From contig JBDRYS010000001.1 of NCBI GenBank assembly GCA_039803545.1, positions 1,866 to 65,865 of the forward strand: DNA of 64,000 nucleotides, read 5' to 3'. Below are positions 19,193 through 29,019 of the stretch, piece after piece (position 1 is the stretch's first letter; every line of letters starts with the position of its first letter). The notes under the pieces were generated by a model, which saw nothing but the letters and a program-made list of their open reading frames with translations, was not told the origin of the DNA and did not search any database. The position numbers and the translations under genes were made by a program. Source of the stretch: a candidate division WOR-3 bacterium (GTDB lineage: Bacteria; Hydrothermota; Hydrothermia; UBA1063).

Positions 19193-20116
19193 ATGGCAAA
19201 TTACATTTTTATGTTTCCAGGCCAAGGCTCACAGTATGTGGGCATGATGCAGGATATCTATAATAAGTTTGATAAGGTAAAGTATCTTCTGCGGGAAGTG
19301 GAAGATATCCTCGGGTTTCCTCTCGGTTATACAATGTTCAATGGACCTGATGAAGTCCTCACAAGGACTTTATATACCCAACCCGCTATTTTTACGCATA
19401 GTGCAGCGATAGTTCATATTTTGAGAGAGAATGGAATTGAACCTTTTGTAACGATGGGACACAGTTTAGGTGAAATAACAGCCCTCTTTGCAGCAGGTGC
19501 ACTCAATTTCCATGATGCAGCAAAAGTGGTTGCGAAACGGGCAGAACTAATGGATAGGGTGTATGAGCGAGGTGGTATGTCAGCCGTAATTGGTCTCGAA
19601 TTGGAGAAAATTAAGGAAATTCTTGAAGGATTCAAAAATAGGGTGGTTATAGCTAATATTAATTCGCCTTCCCAGGTTGTCATATCCGGTTACTTAGATG
19701 ACCTTGAACTTGTTGAAGAGAAACTCAAAGAGGCAGGTGCTAAGAGGATAATCAGACTTAAGGTTTCCAATGCCTTTCATTCTCCTTTGATGCGGCCTGC
19801 ACAGGAAGAGTTTGCAGAGTTTCTAAGGGACATAAAGTTTGAAGCCCCGAGGGTTCCAGTAATTCCCAATGTGGAGCCCGGTCTGGAATCAAATCCCATT
19901 ATGCTAAAGGAATTGCTGATTAAACAACTGTGTGGTACTGTAAGATGGGTTGAATCCCTAAAGGTAGCCAGTAGAATTAAGAATGCAACCTTTGTAGAGA
20001 TCGGTCCAAAACGGGTTCTTGGTAGACTTCTTAAGGAAACCCTTGGAGAAGTGCCCTATTTCTCAATCGATACATACGAGGAGCTATTAGAATTTCTGAA
20101 TCAAGCTAAATCTTGA
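19193..20116 (+). CDS. fabD: Malonyl CoA-ACP transacylase
   Basis: FPGQGSQYVGM and active-site GHSLGE. Confidence 0.9.
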   Translation: MANYIFMFPGQGSQYVGMMQDIYNKFDKVKYLLREVEDILGFPLGYTMFNGPDEVLTRTLYTQPAIFTHSAAIVHILRENGIEPFVTMGHSLGEITALFAAGALNFHDAAKVVAKRAELMDRVYERGGMSAVIGLELEKIKEILEGFKNRVVIANINSPSQVVISGYLDDLELVEEKLKEAGAKRIIRLKVSNAFHSPLMRPAQEEFAEFLRDIKFEAPRVPVIPNVEPGLESNPIMLKELLIKQLCGTVRWVESLKVASRIKNATFVEIGPKRVLGRLLKETLGEVPYFSIDTYEELLEFLNQAKS

Positions 20117-20141
20117 AAATACCGCGGGTTTATTTTATACT
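20113..20141 (+). promoter_or_regulatory. Sigma-70-type promoter (TTGAAA - 17 nt - TATACT) for the rpsF-ssb-rpsR-rplI operon
   Basis: Read directly from sequence; lies about 30 nt upstream of the rpsF RBS GGAGG. Confidence 0.5.
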
Positions 20142-20169
20142 AATAAACTCAAAAAGTTAAGGAGGCAAT

Positions 20170-20448
20170 ATGAGGAATTACGAAATGGTGGTAATTTTGG
20201 ATACTGCTCTTGCAGACACAGACAGGGATTCTCTTATTGGAAAATTGAAAAACATAATTGAGAAGAAAGGCAAACTGCAGGCAATGGAAGTTTGGGGAAA
20301 ACGTGAATTGGCTTACGAGATAAATCATCGGAAGGAAGGATTTTACGTAATTTTCAATTTTGAAGCCCCACCAGAGACTATCAATGAGTTAAAGCAGGAA
20401 ATAAGGATGAATAAATCTTACCTCAGAGAGTTGATTGTGAGGAAATAA
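20170..20448 (+). CDS. rpsF: 30S ribosomal protein S6
   Basis: MRNYEMVVILD... family signature; conserved operon context. Confidence 0.9.
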   Translation: MRNYEMVVILDTALADTDRDSLIGKLKNIIEKKGKLQAMEVWGKRELAYEINHRKEGFYVIFNFEAPPETINELKQEIRMNKSYLRELIVRK

Positions 20449-20906
20449 TGGCTGAGCTAAGATTTCCCAATATAAATCTGATCGTTCTTTCTGGTCGCCT
20501 TGTAGAGGATGGAGTTGTAAGATATACTCCTCAGGGTACCGCTGTGTGTACGGTTCGCTTTGCCAGCGATAGAAACTTTAAAAATGCCCAAGGACAGTGG
20601 GTAAAAGAGCCTCTTTTCATCAATTTAGTTCTATTTAGGGAAATTGCAGAAAGAAGTGCGGGAAGGTTGAAAAAGGGTACACCTTTGATTGTTGAAGGTG
20701 CATTGAGGTCAAGGACTTACGAAAGTAGAGAAGGGCAGAGAAGAACAGTATACGAGATTGTTGTTAGAAAGCTCCATTTACTTGAAAAGGCTGAGGAAGA
20801 AACCATTTACGTACCTGAGGAAGAGGAAATTGTTGAAGAACCGGCTTTACCCGGTGATGTACCTGGGGAAGAGCCTAATGAAGAAGAGGAAGATTTACCA
20901 TTTTAA
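20448..20906 (+). CDS. ssb: Single-stranded DNA-binding protein
   Basis: OB-fold N-terminus and acidic C-terminal tail ending EEEDLPF. Confidence 0.9.
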   Translation: MAELRFPNINLIVLSGRLVEDGVVRYTPQGTAVCTVRFASDRNFKNAQGQWVKEPLFINLVLFREIAERSAGRLKKGTPLIVEGALRSRTYESREGQRRTVYEIVVRKLHLLEKAEEETIYVPEEEEIVEEPALPGDVPGEEPNEEEEDLPF

Positions 20907-20932
20907 ATTAAATTAGGAGAGGAGGTTTGTAA

Positions 20933-21169
20933 ATGACCAAAAAGATGAGAGTTAGAGAGAGTACCTGTGAGTTTTGTAAGGACGGGGTGAGAGAAATTGA
21001 TTATAAAAACGTTGAAGTTTTGTCTAAGTATATATCAAAGAAGGGGAAAATATTACCCCGTAAAACTACTGGGACTTGCGCTTTCCACCAGAGAAAGCTG
21101 GCAAAGGCTATAAAAAGAGCCAGGATTATTGCCCTCCTGCCCTTTGTTGAAAGTTATTATCTTTCATGA
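20933..21169 (+). CDS. rpsR: 30S ribosomal protein S18
   Basis: CEFCK...[14 protein letters not shown]...[17 protein letters not shown]. Confidence 0.9.
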   Translation: MTKKMRVRESTCEFCKDGVREIDYKNVEVLSKYISKKGKILPRKTTGTCAFHQRKLAKAIKRARIIALLPFVESYYLS

Positions 21170-21624
21170 AAGTTTATTTGCTGAAGGATGTGCCTAAGGT
21201 AGGAAAGGCAGGTGAAATCGTAGAAGTAAGTGATGGGTTTGCAAGGAATTACCTCATTAAGAATGGATTAGCCGAAATCGCAACGGAATCACTGATAAGA
21301 AAACTCGAAAGCGAGAAAAGGCTCGCAAAATCGAAAGTCGAACATCAGAAAACTAAGGCTGAGGAAATTAAGAGAAAGATAGAAAGCATTCCCGAGATAG
21401 TCTTTGAGAAGTCCTCCTCTAAGGAGGGGAAAATTTTTGGCTCCGTTAGCAGTATCGAAGTTATGGAAGAACTCAAAAAGCACGGAATTCACGTTGAAAA
21501 GCAGATGATTCAAATGGAACATATCAAAGAAATCGGAGCTCACAATGTGAAAATCAAATTATACCCGGGTGTTGAGGCAAATTTAAAAATTAGAGTAGTA
21601 CCTAAGGAAATTGCAAGTCGTTGA
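21166..21624 (+). CDS. rplI: 50S ribosomal protein L9
   Basis: [31 protein letters not shown]. Confidence 0.9.
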   Translation: MKVYLLKDVPKVGKAGEIVEVSDGFARNYLIKNGLAEIATESLIRKLESEKRLAKSKVEHQKTKAEEIKRKIESIPEIVFEKSSSKEGKIFGSVSSIEVMEELKKHGIHVEKQMIQMEHIKEIGAHNVKIKLYPGVEANLKIRVVPKEIASR

Positions 21625-22030
21625 ATTAGTTGTGGTTAGGGTGCAATTCCCGGAAACTGCAGAAGAGAGCCCTATTGTGTATTTAAAAGAAAAAGAAGGT
21701 GATCGTGAACTTCCCATAGTGATTGGAATTAACGAAGCTCAATCGATCAACATGGCTCTCAGTAATTTTAAAACGCCGAGGCCCCTTACCCACGATTTGA
21801 TTGTAGATATTTTCAAAGCCCTCGGATTAAGGTTAGAGAGGGTTGTAATAAATGATTTGAGAGAAAACACCTATTATGCAAGGCTTATCCTTTTTGATGA
21901 GGAACATAAGACTCTTTATAGCATTGATGCCCGACCGTCAGACTCCATAGCAATTGCACTCCGTGCCAAGGCCCCCATTTTTGTCTCGGAGTATGTTTTA
22001 AAAAAGGCATTATCCCTTGAAGGAAGCTAA
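21611..22030 (+). CDS. Bifunctional nuclease (BFN / DUF151) family protein
   Basis: VVRVQFPETAEESPIVYLKEKEGDRELPIVIG...THDL motif set typical of the DUF151 family. Confidence 0.65.
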   Translation: MQVVELVVVRVQFPETAEESPIVYLKEKEGDRELPIVIGINEAQSINMALSNFKTPRPLTHDLIVDIFKALGLRLERVVINDLRENTYYARLILFDEEHKTLYSIDARPSDSIAIALRAKAPIFVSEYVLKKALSLEGS

Positions 22031-22952
22031 TAGGGGTCTTCTAAGGGTAAATTTTTCTGGTATAGAATTTGAAACTCCTTTTTTGCCCGCATCCGGTACC
22101 TTTGGTTATGGAGCTGAACCCGGGAACTTTAAGGCAGTTCAATGTTTTGGTGGCCTCGTGACTAAGGGACTTTCTTATAAAAAAAGGGAAGGAAATCCTC
22201 CACCGCGAATAAAGGAAACACCCTGTGGGCTAATAAACTCGATTGGACTTGAAAATCCTGGAATCGAAGAGTTTATCGAATCGATACTTCCAGAGATGAT
22301 TTCTTTTGGTAAGCCAATAATAGTAAATTTGGCAGGGCACGATGAAAGAGAATTCCTTTTGATGACCGAAAGATTAAACCCCTTTAAGGAGATCGTTGCC
22401 TATGAGATTAATATCTCTTGCCCTAATGTGTCAAAAGGCGGCTTGGAATTTTTCAAGGATAAAAAGGTTTTAAAATCCCTTCTAAGAAAAATAGCAGAAA
22501 TTTCAGAAAAAGTTAACATAGTTAAAATTCCCCCTGATATTTTTAACTATGAGGAGTTGGTCGATTTGCTTCTTTCGGAAGGATTCAGGAATATCACTGT
22601 TGCGAATACTTACCCGGCGATGGTGCTGGACATTGAAAATTTAGACTTTTACTTTGTTAGAAAATCAGGAGGACTTTCTGGCCCAGCCATATTTCCTTTA
22701 ACTTTGAGACTTGTGTATGAAATTGCAAGGAAATATAAGGAGATTAACATCATAGCCTCGGGTGGCGTGGTAAGTTATGTAGAAGCAATCCAGTACTTCC
22801 TTGTGGGTGCAAAATTGATAGAAATTGGCTCGGGAAACTTTATAGACCCAAACATTGTTTGCAAGATTAAGGCAGACTTAGAAAATTATTTGTTCTCAAA
22901 GGGATTTTCTTCAATTTCCGAGGTAATTGGAAGACTCCTCAACTTACAATAA
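22017..22952 (+). CDS. pyrD: Dihydroorotate dehydrogenase catalytic subunit (class 1)
   Basis: FLPASGTFGYG, GLINSIGLENPG, TIM-barrel FMN-binding motifs, C-terminal GSGN. Confidence 0.8.
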   Translation: MKEANRGLLRVNFSGIEFETPFLPASGTFGYGAEPGNFKAVQCFGGLVTKGLSYKKREGNPPPRIKETPCGLINSIGLENPGIEEFIESILPEMISFGKPIIVNLAGHDEREFLLMTERLNPFKEIVAYEINISCPNVSKGGLEFFKDKKVLKSLLRKIAEISEKVNIVKIPPDIFNYEELVDLLLSEGFRNITVANTYPAMVLDIENLDFYFVRKSGGLSGPAIFPLTLRLVYEIARKYKEINIIASGGVVSYVEAIQYFLVGAKLIEIGSGNFIDPNIVCKIKADLENYLFSKGFSSISEVIGRLLNLQ

Positions 22953-23070
22953 GGGATATAGCTTGAAAGAGATTTTGCCTACTTATCAATATTTTTAACG
23001 GAGTATTTTGGCTTTTACTTTACAGGTTTTTTATTTTGGTTTAAAATTTTTACAGAAATGGGAGTGCTAA

Positions 23071-24195
23071 ATGGAAGGTAGGGTCTTAGTTGTAGATCCT
23101 GATACAAAGGTAGCAAGAGAAATTCAGGATGCCCTTGGTGACATAGGTCTGACAGTCTACACTGCAGGGTCCTACGATGAGGCGCAATCTTTTTTAAGTT
23201 TCTACAAAATTGATTACATGATCATGGACCTTATATTACCGGACAAGAATGGAATCGACCTTTTGATTTATACAAAGCAGCTCAATCCTTCCATCAAGGT
23301 TTATGTCTATACAGATGTAAAGGGTGCTACTATAGAGCGTTCGGTTCTCAAAAAGGGTGCTGATGCTTTCATTAACAAGACTGGCAATTTCAGAGAGGAT
23401 TTTAAAAATATATTCTTTGCTCCTCCGAAAGAAGAACCAAGGGAGCAGGTTGAGGCCGTCGAGGGATTTAAGGGCACCGTCACAGGAGTGGACATTATCG
23501 ATATGGTTCAGGCCCTCGCCCTTATGGGTAAATCCGTTATGCTAAGCTGTAGGGATTTGAAAACTCGGAAAGAGGGAGTAATTGTTTTTAAAAATGGGGA
23601 GATTGTAGATGCTAAAACTGGTTCTAAGCGAGGAGAGGAAGCTCTTTTTGAAATTTTGAGTTGGAAAGACGGGGTTTTTGAAACTAAAAAATATACAGAA
23701 GAGCCTGAGAGGACAATTAATGCACCGGTGGATTTGTTGCTTTTAAATTTTGCCCGTCTTAGAGATGAAGCAATGGAGGAGAAAGCTGGAGTATCTTCCC
23801 TCACGCTTAATGACGTTGTCAGGTTCTTTCATGCAGAAATTCCAGGTTTTATTGCTGGTATGGTCTTTGACTACGAGGAAGCTACTCCTATCGCCTTTGA
23901 TACAATTCTTCCTGGAAAAACTTTTCAGGCTTCTGCAACTTTATACGGAGCCATTTTAAAGGCTGCCCAGGAAGCAATGGAGATAGTGACAGAGGGAAAA
24001 GAGAAGCGGGAGGAGCTCTCGGAAATTATTATCACTGATAAGAATGATCACGTGGTACTTTTCCCGCTTCCAGTAAACAATTTTGCCGTTTTTATCCTTG
24101 TATCGAGGGACACACCTATTCAGGAAGTGCGCTCTGTAGTTTTAAAGTATATTCCTGATATCATCAGGTTGCTTAAAGAGGAAAAGATTTCTTAA
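23071..24195 (+). CDS. Response-regulator receiver + DUF4388 + C-terminal roadblock/LC7-like domain protein
   Basis: Receiver (D at MIMDLILPD, K at FINK), then GTVTGVDIIDMVQALALMGKSVMLS...GEEALFEILSWKDGVFE (DUF4388 signature), then a roughly 110-aa alpha/beta C-terminal region. Confidence 0.65.
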   Translation: MEGRVLVVDPDTKVAREIQDALGDIGLTVYTAGSYDEAQSFLSFYKIDYMIMDLILPDKNGIDLLIYTKQLNPSIKVYVYTDVKGATIERSVLKKGADAFINKTGNFREDFKNIFFAPPKEEPREQVEAVEGFKGTVTGVDIIDMVQALALMGKSVMLSCRDLKTRKEGVIVFKNGEIVDAKTGSKRGEEALFEILSWKDGVFETKKYTEEPERTINAPVDLLLLNFARLRDEAMEEKAGVSSLTLNDVVRFFHAEIPGFIAGMVFDYEEATPIAFDTILPGKTFQASATLYGAILKAAQEAMEIVTEGKEKREELSEIIITDKNDHVVLFPLPVNNFAVFILVSRDTPIQEVRSVVLKYIPDIIRLLKEEKIS

Positions 24196-24196
24196 A

Positions 24197-25048
24197 GTGG
24201 TCCTCCCTTTTGATGCAAAGATTGTCGAAATTCTCAAAAAGAAAGGTATCTCCTTAGAGACCCTTTTGGAAGGGTATCTTCGCGGAAGACACAGGAGCCC
24301 CTTTTATGGCCATAGCCTGGAATTTAAAGACCTCAGACCTTATGAAAAGGGTGACGATTTAAAGTTCATCGATTGGAGACTCTACGGAAGGAGTGAAAAA
24401 TTTTTTGTAAAAAAGTTTGAAGAGGAAACCAATGTTAGAGTTTTTATCGCTCTCGATATTTCTCGTTCTATGTCTCTATATGATAAAGGAAAGATGGCGA
24501 GGGGTGTCGCGGCGGCGATTGCCCTTTTGTCTTACTACTCGAGGGACGCCATTGGCCTTTATCTTTTTAACGAAGGAGAAGTTTTCTTCTTGCCTCCTTC
24601 AACCACCTATAAAAATCTATTCCTTCTTCTTGAAAGCCTTGATAAATTCGAGGATTCTGGGAGGACCAATTTTGTTTTAGCGATGCTTGGCCTCGATGAG
24701 AGGGTTAGGAAGAGAAGTCTACTGGTGGTAATATCCGATTTTTTGAGTGAGATTGAAAGTATAAAAAAGTTCGTGAGGTTTTTTAAGGGCAAAGGGCATG
24801 AAATTATACCTTTGATAGTTTCATCTCAACGGGAAAAAAGTTTGTCAATGCACGAGGCGAGATTAAAAGATATTGAGACAGGCTATGAGCTCAGTTTGAG
24901 TAGAGTCGAGAGTTTTCGATATGGAGAAATGATCAATCAGCATTATACCGAGCTTAAAGTTCTCTTAAGAAATTTCGGCATCCCTTTTTTTGAATTCCAG
25001 GCGGAGATGGATTTAACATTGCAATTAAGGAGCTTTTTGGAAGGATGA
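24197..25048 (+). CDS. DUF58 (vWA-like, MoxR-associated) protein
   Basis: GHSLEFKDLRPYEKGDDLKFIDWRLYGRSEKFFVKKFEEE followed by the DxSxS-like VFIALDISRSM MIDAS motif. Confidence 0.75.
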   Translation: MVLPFDAKIVEILKKKGISLETLLEGYLRGRHRSPFYGHSLEFKDLRPYEKGDDLKFIDWRLYGRSEKFFVKKFEEETNVRVFIALDISRSMSLYDKGKMARGVAAAIALLSYYSRDAIGLYLFNEGEVFFLPPSTTYKNLFLLLESLDKFEDSGRTNFVLAMLGLDERVRKRSLLVVISDFLSEIESIKKFVRFFKGKGHEIIPLIVSSQREKSLSMHEARLKDIETGYELSLSRVESFRYGEMINQHYTELKVLLRNFGIPFFEFQAEMDLTLQLRSFLEG

Positions 25049-26460
25049 ACTTCCTGAGCCCGGTTTTTTTGTATTTTTTGCCACTTTCCCTTCTACCCCT
25101 AATTTCACTTTTTCTTAAAAAACGTAGTTCAAGAATTAAGTTCGTCTCCTGGCTCTTTTTACTAAAAGATAGTGAATTTGCCAGGAAAAGAAAATTTCAT
25201 AGAAACTTGATCATTATCTTAAGGTGTCTCATTTTGGCGCTTCTACTAATTTTTTTGGCAAAGCCCATACCTTCTCGGTATGCCTTTAGGAAGATTTATT
25301 TTGAGACGGGTATTTTTTCCCAAAAAGCAGAGGCAAAGAACCGTAAATATTTGCGCTCCCTAATGGGTTATTTTGGGGGGAGGGTGGATGCCTTTTGTGA
25401 TCCTCTGAAGCCAGAACAGAAACTAAATGGGAAAATTTATATAGTATCTGACTTTTCTGATCCTGGCATATATCAACGATTTTCGGGTGGTTTTTACTTT
25501 GATACCCTTTCGATATCAAATGCAGGGATAAATTCCGTAAATTTTGACCCGGTGAGCAAAGCTTACTACTTGAAAATTACCAATTACAACAAGAAGGACT
25601 CGGTTTTTCATATCGTAGTTTATATGAACTCCAGAAAACTTTCGGAAAGTAGTTTTATTCTACCTAAGACTAAAACAATTTTGTGGAAACAAGAGATACC
25701 TGAAGGTGGAAGGCTTCTTAAGATTTGCCTTATGCCAGAGGATGACATTTTACTGGATAACTGCCTTGAACTCTCAGCCCCTGAGAAACTGAAATATTAC
25801 CTCGCTTCTCTCAACCTCTGTGTAGAAAACTTTATGCAAATTGTTGGAATCAAAACCTCTTTGGACAGTGCTGACGTTCTAATATCCTTTAACAGGGTTC
25901 TTAAGCCTGGAAAAAAGACAAAGGAAGTCATAATATTTTTTGATAAGCCCGTGGAAGGTATAAAATCGGTAATTGACGATTCCTTAAAGGAGTCGGGTCC
26001 TTTTAAAATTTCGGGGTGGAACTTTGGAAAAGTTTTTTTGTCAGATACCTCAAAAGGTTTTACCGATGTTAGAAGTTTCTTACAGAGAGCCACTCTTAAG
26101 TTAAACTTAAATGGAGTTACGTATGTGTTCGTCGGCCTTGTTCCGGACATTGAGAAAAACGATGCAGTATATTGCCCGGATTTCTGGAGTTACTTCTTGC
26201 AACTACTAAATATTAAGCCTGTAATAGCTTATACTACTACAAAAGAAAGGGCAGGGAAAATTTTGAACGATACGCTGTTTTTGCCTGACACTTTACAGAC
26301 AAATACTTCTCGAGCTCAGGAAGTTAGCTTGAGTTCCCACTATTTGCCTCTTCCGGAAGTAGTCAAAACGGTTAACACAATAAGGTATTTAATATTGGGC
26401 CTTTTAATTTTGCTTGTAGCCTTGGAGTTTTACTTAACCTTCAGGTATTTCTTTGATTGA
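25045..26460 (+). CDS. Membrane protein with BatA-type N-terminal double-TM domain (aerotolerance-operon-like), large soluble region and C-terminal TM
   Basis: MNFLSPVFLYFLPLSLLPLISLFLKKR...WLFLLKD matches the N-terminal double-transmembrane domain of BatA/BatB-like proteins; C-terminal hydrophobic anchor. Confidence 0.55.
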   Translation: MNFLSPVFLYFLPLSLLPLISLFLKKRSSRIKFVSWLFLLKDSEFARKRKFHRNLIIILRCLILALLLIFLAKPIPSRYAFRKIYFETGIFSQKAEAKNRKYLRSLMGYFGGRVDAFCDPLKPEQKLNGKIYIVSDFSDPGIYQRFSGGFYFDTLSISNAGINSVNFDPVSKAYYLKITNYNKKDSVFHIVVYMNSRKLSESSFILPKTKTILWKQEIPEGGRLLKICLMPEDDILLDNCLELSAPEKLKYYLASLNLCVENFMQIVGIKTSLDSADVLISFNRVLKPGKKTKEVIIFFDKPVEGIKSVIDDSLKESGPFKISGWNFGKVFLSDTSKGFTDVRSFLQRATLKLNLNGVTYVFVGLVPDIEKNDAVYCPDFWSYFLQLLNIKPVIAYTTTKERAGKILNDTLFLPDTLQTNTSRAQEVSLSSHYLPLPEVVKTVNTIRYLILGLLILLVALEFYLTFRYFFD

Positions 26461-26462
26461 AT

Positions 26463-27542
26463 CTACTTCTTTGACAGGAGAAATTTTCTTATAAACTCAT
26501 CAATTTCTCCGTCTAAGACTGCATCAGCGTTTGGTTCTTCGTAATCGGTCCTGTGGTCCTTCACCAGTTTGTAAGGGTGCAAAATGTATGACCTTATCTG
26601 CCTTCCCCAGCCGATTTCCGATTTCTCCTTTTCGATATCGCTAAGTTTTTCTTTCTCTTTCTCCTTGTAATACTGGTATAATCTTGCCTTTAAAATTCTC
26701 ATAGCAGTTAATTTGTTTTGGTATTGGGATCTTTCCGATTGACAGGCAACTACAATTCCAGTGGGAATATGGGTTATTCTGACTGCTGTTTCATTTTTTT
26801 GCATATGCTGCCCTCCGGGGCCGGAGGACCTGAAAGTCTCTATCTTTAGATCTTCTTCGGAGATGTTTATTTCAACATCTTCCTGTTCTGGGTAAACAAA
26901 AACCGAGGCAAAGGAGGTGTGCCTTCGTTTTGAAGCATCAAAGGGAGAAATCCTCACCAGCCTGTGGACCCCCCTTTCCGCCTTTAGAAGCCCATAGGCG
27001 TAGTCTCCTTCTACGAGAATAGTGGCATCCTTGATCCCTGCCTCTTCCCCGGGTTGTAGGTCAACGATTTTGTATTTGAATTTTTTCCTTTCGAAGAATC
27101 TCAGGTACATCCTGAGAAGCATCTCAGCCCAGTCTTGAGATTCCGTTCCACCGGCTCCAGGGTGAATGGTCATTATTGCGTTTTTCCTATCCTCCGGAGA
27201 TTTTAAAACGGTTTTTATCTCTAAATCTTCAATCTCTTCTCTGATCAGCCTCTTTTCTTTCTCAAATTCTTGAAGGAATTCGGGGTCTTCATCCTTTAAG
27301 GGCTCAAGTTCTGCTAAATAGGCGAACTTTTTTTCAATTTCATCAACTTCTTCCAGCTGTTTCTTTAAAGAGGAAAGTTCCTGCAAAAGGGATTGTGCCT
27401 TTTCTGGATTGGCCCAAAAATCTGTACTTTCCTGCATTTTCTCAATTTCTGAAATTCTTTTTTCCATTTCGGTTACATCGAGATATTTTTTCACATCTTC
27501 AAATCTTCCGTAAAGTTCCTCAAGGGCTGGGTCCTTAAACAT
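26463..27542 (-). CDS. prfB: Peptide chain release factor 2 (single ORF, no programmed frameshift)
   Basis: SPF tripeptide motif (RISPFDASKRRHTSFA) and GGQ (GPGGQHMQK). The 359-aa ORF is uninterrupted from its ATG. Confidence 0.9.
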   Translation of the reverse strand: MFKDPALEELYGRFEDVKKYLDVTEMEKRISEIEKMQESTDFWANPEKAQSLLQELSSLKKQLEEVDEIEKKFAYLAELEPLKDEDPEFLQEFEKEKRLIREEIEDLEIKTVLKSPEDRKNAIMTIHPGAGGTESQDWAEMLLRMYLRFFERKKFKYKIVDLQPGEEAGIKDATILVEGDYAYGLLKAERGVHRLVRISPFDASKRRHTSFASVFVYPEQEDVEINISEEDLKIETFRSSGPGGQHMQKNETAVRITHIPTGIVVACQSERSQYQNKLTAMRILKARLYQYYKEKEKEKLSDIEKEKSEIGWGRQIRSYILHPYKLVKDHRTDYEEPNADAVLDGEIDEFIRKFLLSKK

Positions 27543-27584
27543 AGTGCTTTAATTATAAGGCCTGGATTTCCTACACTTTAATGA

Positions 27585-28289
27585 TTGCGTTATAATAATA
27601 TTGCGATGAAATTTGAAAAGAGATTGGGCAAGTTTGAGCTTCTGGTTTCCGCCTTCTCATCGAAAAGCGAAATTACTCTTTTGTATGATAGAACTGTGGT
27701 CAAAGAAGCAATTGTTTATGGAGAGTTAAAGGAAGACGATGTTAAGTTGAAAGCCACCGGGTATGACCTCCCACTCCTCGTTAATTTTGAGGAAGAGATA
27801 ATTATTTCGCCTAATTTTCGAGAATTATTATTTGTCCCTATTCCTCCATCTGTAGAGGTAGTCATAAAGCAGGGTCCTGTTTATTTAAATTTTCATGTGA
27901 GCCCGGTCCCGCTTAAGAAAGGCTATAAGGCTCATTATTTTCCAGAAGATGATTTCTACTACACCATTTCTGTAACCCCAGACTTTTCTCCCTTTAATGA
28001 TTACTATTACTATATTCCTATAAGGTTGAGGAGTCAGGAGAAAAAGATAGTGGCCCTTAAGGGTCTTCCCCTTGAAGCTTACCAGCTGGACTGGTATATT
28101 CACAAAAACCTGATAGTTTCAGAAATCGTTGAATGTGTTGAAAAGGGCAACGAGTTAAGTCTCTACTTTACGGCCAAGCCCTTTTACGAGGATGGTCTAA
28201 ATGTTGGTTCTGGAGAGGAAAACGCCCAGTTGCTCGGGCGCAAGAGGCAACTTAAGAAAGACTTCGAAATGCTGAATTGGAGGCAGTAG
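27585..28289 (+). CDS. Hypothetical protein
   Basis: 234-aa ORF with a plausible start; no recognised motifs. Confidence 0.4.
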   Translation: MRYNNIAMKFEKRLGKFELLVSAFSSKSEITLLYDRTVVKEAIVYGELKEDDVKLKATGYDLPLLVNFEEEIIISPNFRELLFVPIPPSVEVVIKQGPVYLNFHVSPVPLKKGYKAHYFPEDDFYYTISVTPDFSPFNDYYYYIPIRLRSQEKKIVALKGLPLEAYQLDWYIHKNLIVSEIVECVEKGNELSLYFTAKPFYEDGLNVGSGEENAQLLGRKRQLKKDFEMLNWRQ

Positions 28290-28290
28290 A

Positions 28291-29019
28291 ATGCTCTGGA
28301 AAGTAGTGGCTATCCTCTTACTTTTACTGTTTTATATTATGTTCTGGCTTCTTGCTGAACCGGTTTTGATATCGAAAAGCGGAAACTTAAAACAATTTCG
28401 TTTTCATTTTGATTTGTTTATTACCTTGGTTTTCTTATGTGCGGCTTTGCTCATTATCGGGCTGCCGGCGTGGGTAGTTGTTATACTTTTTGGAACCGTT
28501 GTATCATCCCAGGTCGTTGGTATTTCTTATCTTGCTAAGAAAAAAGAAGAGATGGAGCACTATAATCTTGACCTAAAAGAAAGGGACCTAATCGAATGGA
28601 ATGGTGAAATTTATGAGGTCAGGAACCTTGGGAAGAAATTTGTAAGAGCGGTTTCAGAGAAAGGCGAAGTAAACATCCCCCTTGAACTTTTAAGTAAAAG
28701 CGGTTTTAAAAAGTTGAGAAAGGTTTTACCGAGAAAGGTTGTGTTTTCAATTTTCTTTCCGGTTGAACTTTATTTGCAATTCGTGAGAAAATTAGAGGAG
28801 TTTCTTAAAGATTCAACCTATGTGTTGGTTTCCCCCAGTTTTGCCATCGAGTTTGTTTCCGTCGCAATCAACGAAGTCGAGATCAAAGTAACTTTTTACA
28901 CCGAGAATCTCACATCAGAAAACAGGTTCTGGGAAGAATTCTTTGCTTTTATCGATAAGGAGAGACTGAGCATAAATCGGGTTTTGAAACATGGGGAAGA
29001 TAAGTCTTACTGGTGGTGA
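28291..29019 (+). CDS. Hypothetical membrane protein (two N-terminal TM helices)
   Basis: Hydrophobic N-terminal segments, charged soluble C-terminal domain; tightly packed after the preceding ORF. Confidence 0.4.
   Translation: MLWKVVAILLLLLFYIMFWLLAEPVLISKSGNLKQFRFHFDLFITLVFLCAALLIIGLPAWVVVILFGTVVSSQVVGISYLAKKKEEMEHYNLDLKERDLIEWNGEIYEVRNLGKKFVRAVSEKGEVNIPLELLSKSGFKKLRKVLPRKVVFSIFFPVELYLQFVRKLEEFLKDSTYVLVSPSFAIEFVSVAINEVEIKVTFYTENLTSENRFWEEFFAFIDKERLSINRVLKHGEDKSYWW

Noticed and set aside
26463-27542. Programmed +1 frameshift in prfB
   Set aside because: The ORF is continuous from its ATG, with no CTT-TGA-C site.
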